A DNA stretch of 62,816 bases, counting the filler, from Octopus bimaculoides (lineage: Eukaryota): the NCBI RefSeq assembly GCF_001194135.2. It is 8 parts of 6 records of this genome, joined end to end, with 100 filler letters (N's around TTAATTAATTAA, not from the genome) between each part and the next. Parts side by side here need not be neighbours in the genome. Positions count along the whole stretch, not along the records: positions 58,695 to 62,816 come from NC_068999.1; 7 more parts are not named here. The stretch is one strand, 5' to 3'. The position numbers and the translations under genes are program-made. This document shows positions 61,106-62,816 of the stretch, in pieces. How positions within the stretch are numbered: the first letter of the stretch is position 1; every line of letters starts with the position of its first letter. The notes under the pieces were generated by a model. The model saw nothing but the letters and a program-made list of their open reading frames with translations, had not been told where the DNA came from and did not search any database.

Positions 61106-61324
61106 TTTTTAATATTTATTTTTTTTTAAATTTGCACTGATATATTTGAGAATGACTTCGAAGTTGCGCCTTCCTGGACTACGTCTATGGAAGTTCGAGT
61201 TCAACGAAAATAATATGCCACTTATATATATTTTATAATATATGTATACATATTATATAAGTATGTATTTACATATATATATGCGTATATATACATGTAT
61301 ATATATGTATGTATATATATATAC

Positions 61325-61377
<53 letters not shown>

Positions 61378-62256
61378 NNNNNNNNNNNNNNNNNNNNNNN
61401 NNNNNNNNNNNNNNNNNNNNNNNNNNNNNNNNNNNNNNNNNNNNNNNNNNNNNNNNNNNNNNNNNNNNNNNNNNNNNNNNNNNNNNNNNNNNNNNNNNNN
61501 NNNNNNNNNNNNNNNNNNNNNNNNNNNNNNNNNNNNNNNNNNNNNNNNNNNNNNNNNNNNNNNNNNNNNNNNNNNNNNNNNNNNNNNNNNNNNNNNNNNN
61601 NNNNNNNNNNNNNNNNNNNNNNNNNNNNNNNNNNNNNNNNNNNNNNNNNNNNNNNNNNNNNNNNNNNNNNNNNNNNNNNNNNNNNNNNNNNNNNNNNNNN
61701 NNNNNNNNNNNNNNNNNNNNNNNNNNNNNNNNNNNNNNNNNNNNNNNNNNNNNNNNNNNNNNNNNNNNNNNNNNNNNNNNNNNNNNNNNNNNNNNNNNNN
61801 NNNNNNNNNNNNNNNNNNNNNNNNNNNNNNNNNNNNNNNNNNNNNNNNNNNNNNNNNNNNNNNNNNNNNNNNNNNNNNNNNNNNNNNNNNNNNNNNNNNN
61901 NNNNNNNNNNNNNNNNNNNNNNNNNNNNNNNNNNNNNNNNNNNNNNNNNNNNNNNNNNNNNNNNNNNNNNNNNNNNNNNNNNNNNNNNNNNNNNNNNNNN
62001 NNNNNNNNNNNNNNNNNNNNNNNNNNNNNNNNNNNNNNNNNNNNNNNNNNNNNNNNNNNNNNNNNNNNNNNNNNNNNNNNNNNNNNNNNNNNNNNNNNNN
62101 NNNNNNNNNNNNNNNNNNNNNNNNNNNNNNNNNNNNNNNNNNNNNNNNNNNNNNNNNNNNNNNNNNNNNNNNNNNNNNNNNNNNNNNNNNNNNNNNNNNN
62201 NNNNNNNNNNNNNNNNNNNNNNNNNNNNNNNNNNNNNNNNNNNNNNNNNNNNNNNN

Positions 62257-62318
<62 letters not shown>

Positions 62319-62816
62319 ATGAATGTGAGTATTGAATATTGTGTATCTATGTATTGACAACATTAACAGCTGTACATATGTTCGCCATTAGAAGAAAGTA
62401 GACGTACATTCTATGAATTTTAGCAGATTTGAATGTTTTTGCGTGTCAGATTTTTTTCCAACGTTGAGTAAATGCAGACGCAATGTGTATCAAAGATACA
62501 TTTGTAAATGTGCATAGAGACCATCCTTACATATTTGCAGACGCACTGTATGTTGATAGATACATACAGCCACATAATATACACACAGGTATAATATATA
62601 TAATGACAAGGATAGATACACACACACAAACACACACACACAAACACAGACATACACACACAAACGTATATACACTCCGTAAACGCACACATTTGAACAA
62701 CTATGTTTGTGTGTGTGTTGTGTATATATTCACATATATATATATATGTATATAATATTTATAATGTAATTCATATTTATATATAAATGTATATATATAT
62801 ATATATATATATATAT

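Overview
This is AT-rich, gap-riddled animal genomic DNA dominated by microsatellites ((TG)n, (TA)n, (TAA)n, (TCTA)n, (TTC)n, (AG)n) and decayed transposable elements. The SINE families, repeat spectrum and TTAATTAATTAA gap linkers suggest an Octopus (coleoid cephalopod) draft scaffold; this is inference, not a database result. There is no intact gene, rRNA, true tRNA or CRISPR array, and nearly all ORFs in the supplied track are microsatellite or N-gap artefacts. Recognisable elements are many tRNA-derived SINEs, several R4/Dong-type LINE 3' fragments stacked in (TAA)n tracts, an uninterrupted L1/Tx1 RT fragment, Penelope RT and GIY-YIG remnants, a Tigger/pogo tail, a CR1-type 3' end, a 549-bp fold-back mariner derivative and two other TIR-bounded elements. 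The least obvious signal is a set of type I hammerhead ribozyme folds that can be read base by base: 4860-4902 (-, with a compensated U3:A8 core), 16908-16968 (+, overlapped by its own antisense copy), 37241-37326 (+) and 52259-52304 (+, inside a tRNA-headed SINE), plus degenerate copies. Several small splice-signal-bounded open frames may be exons of a long-intron host gene, but they are unverified. Coordinates of decayed repeats are approximate.
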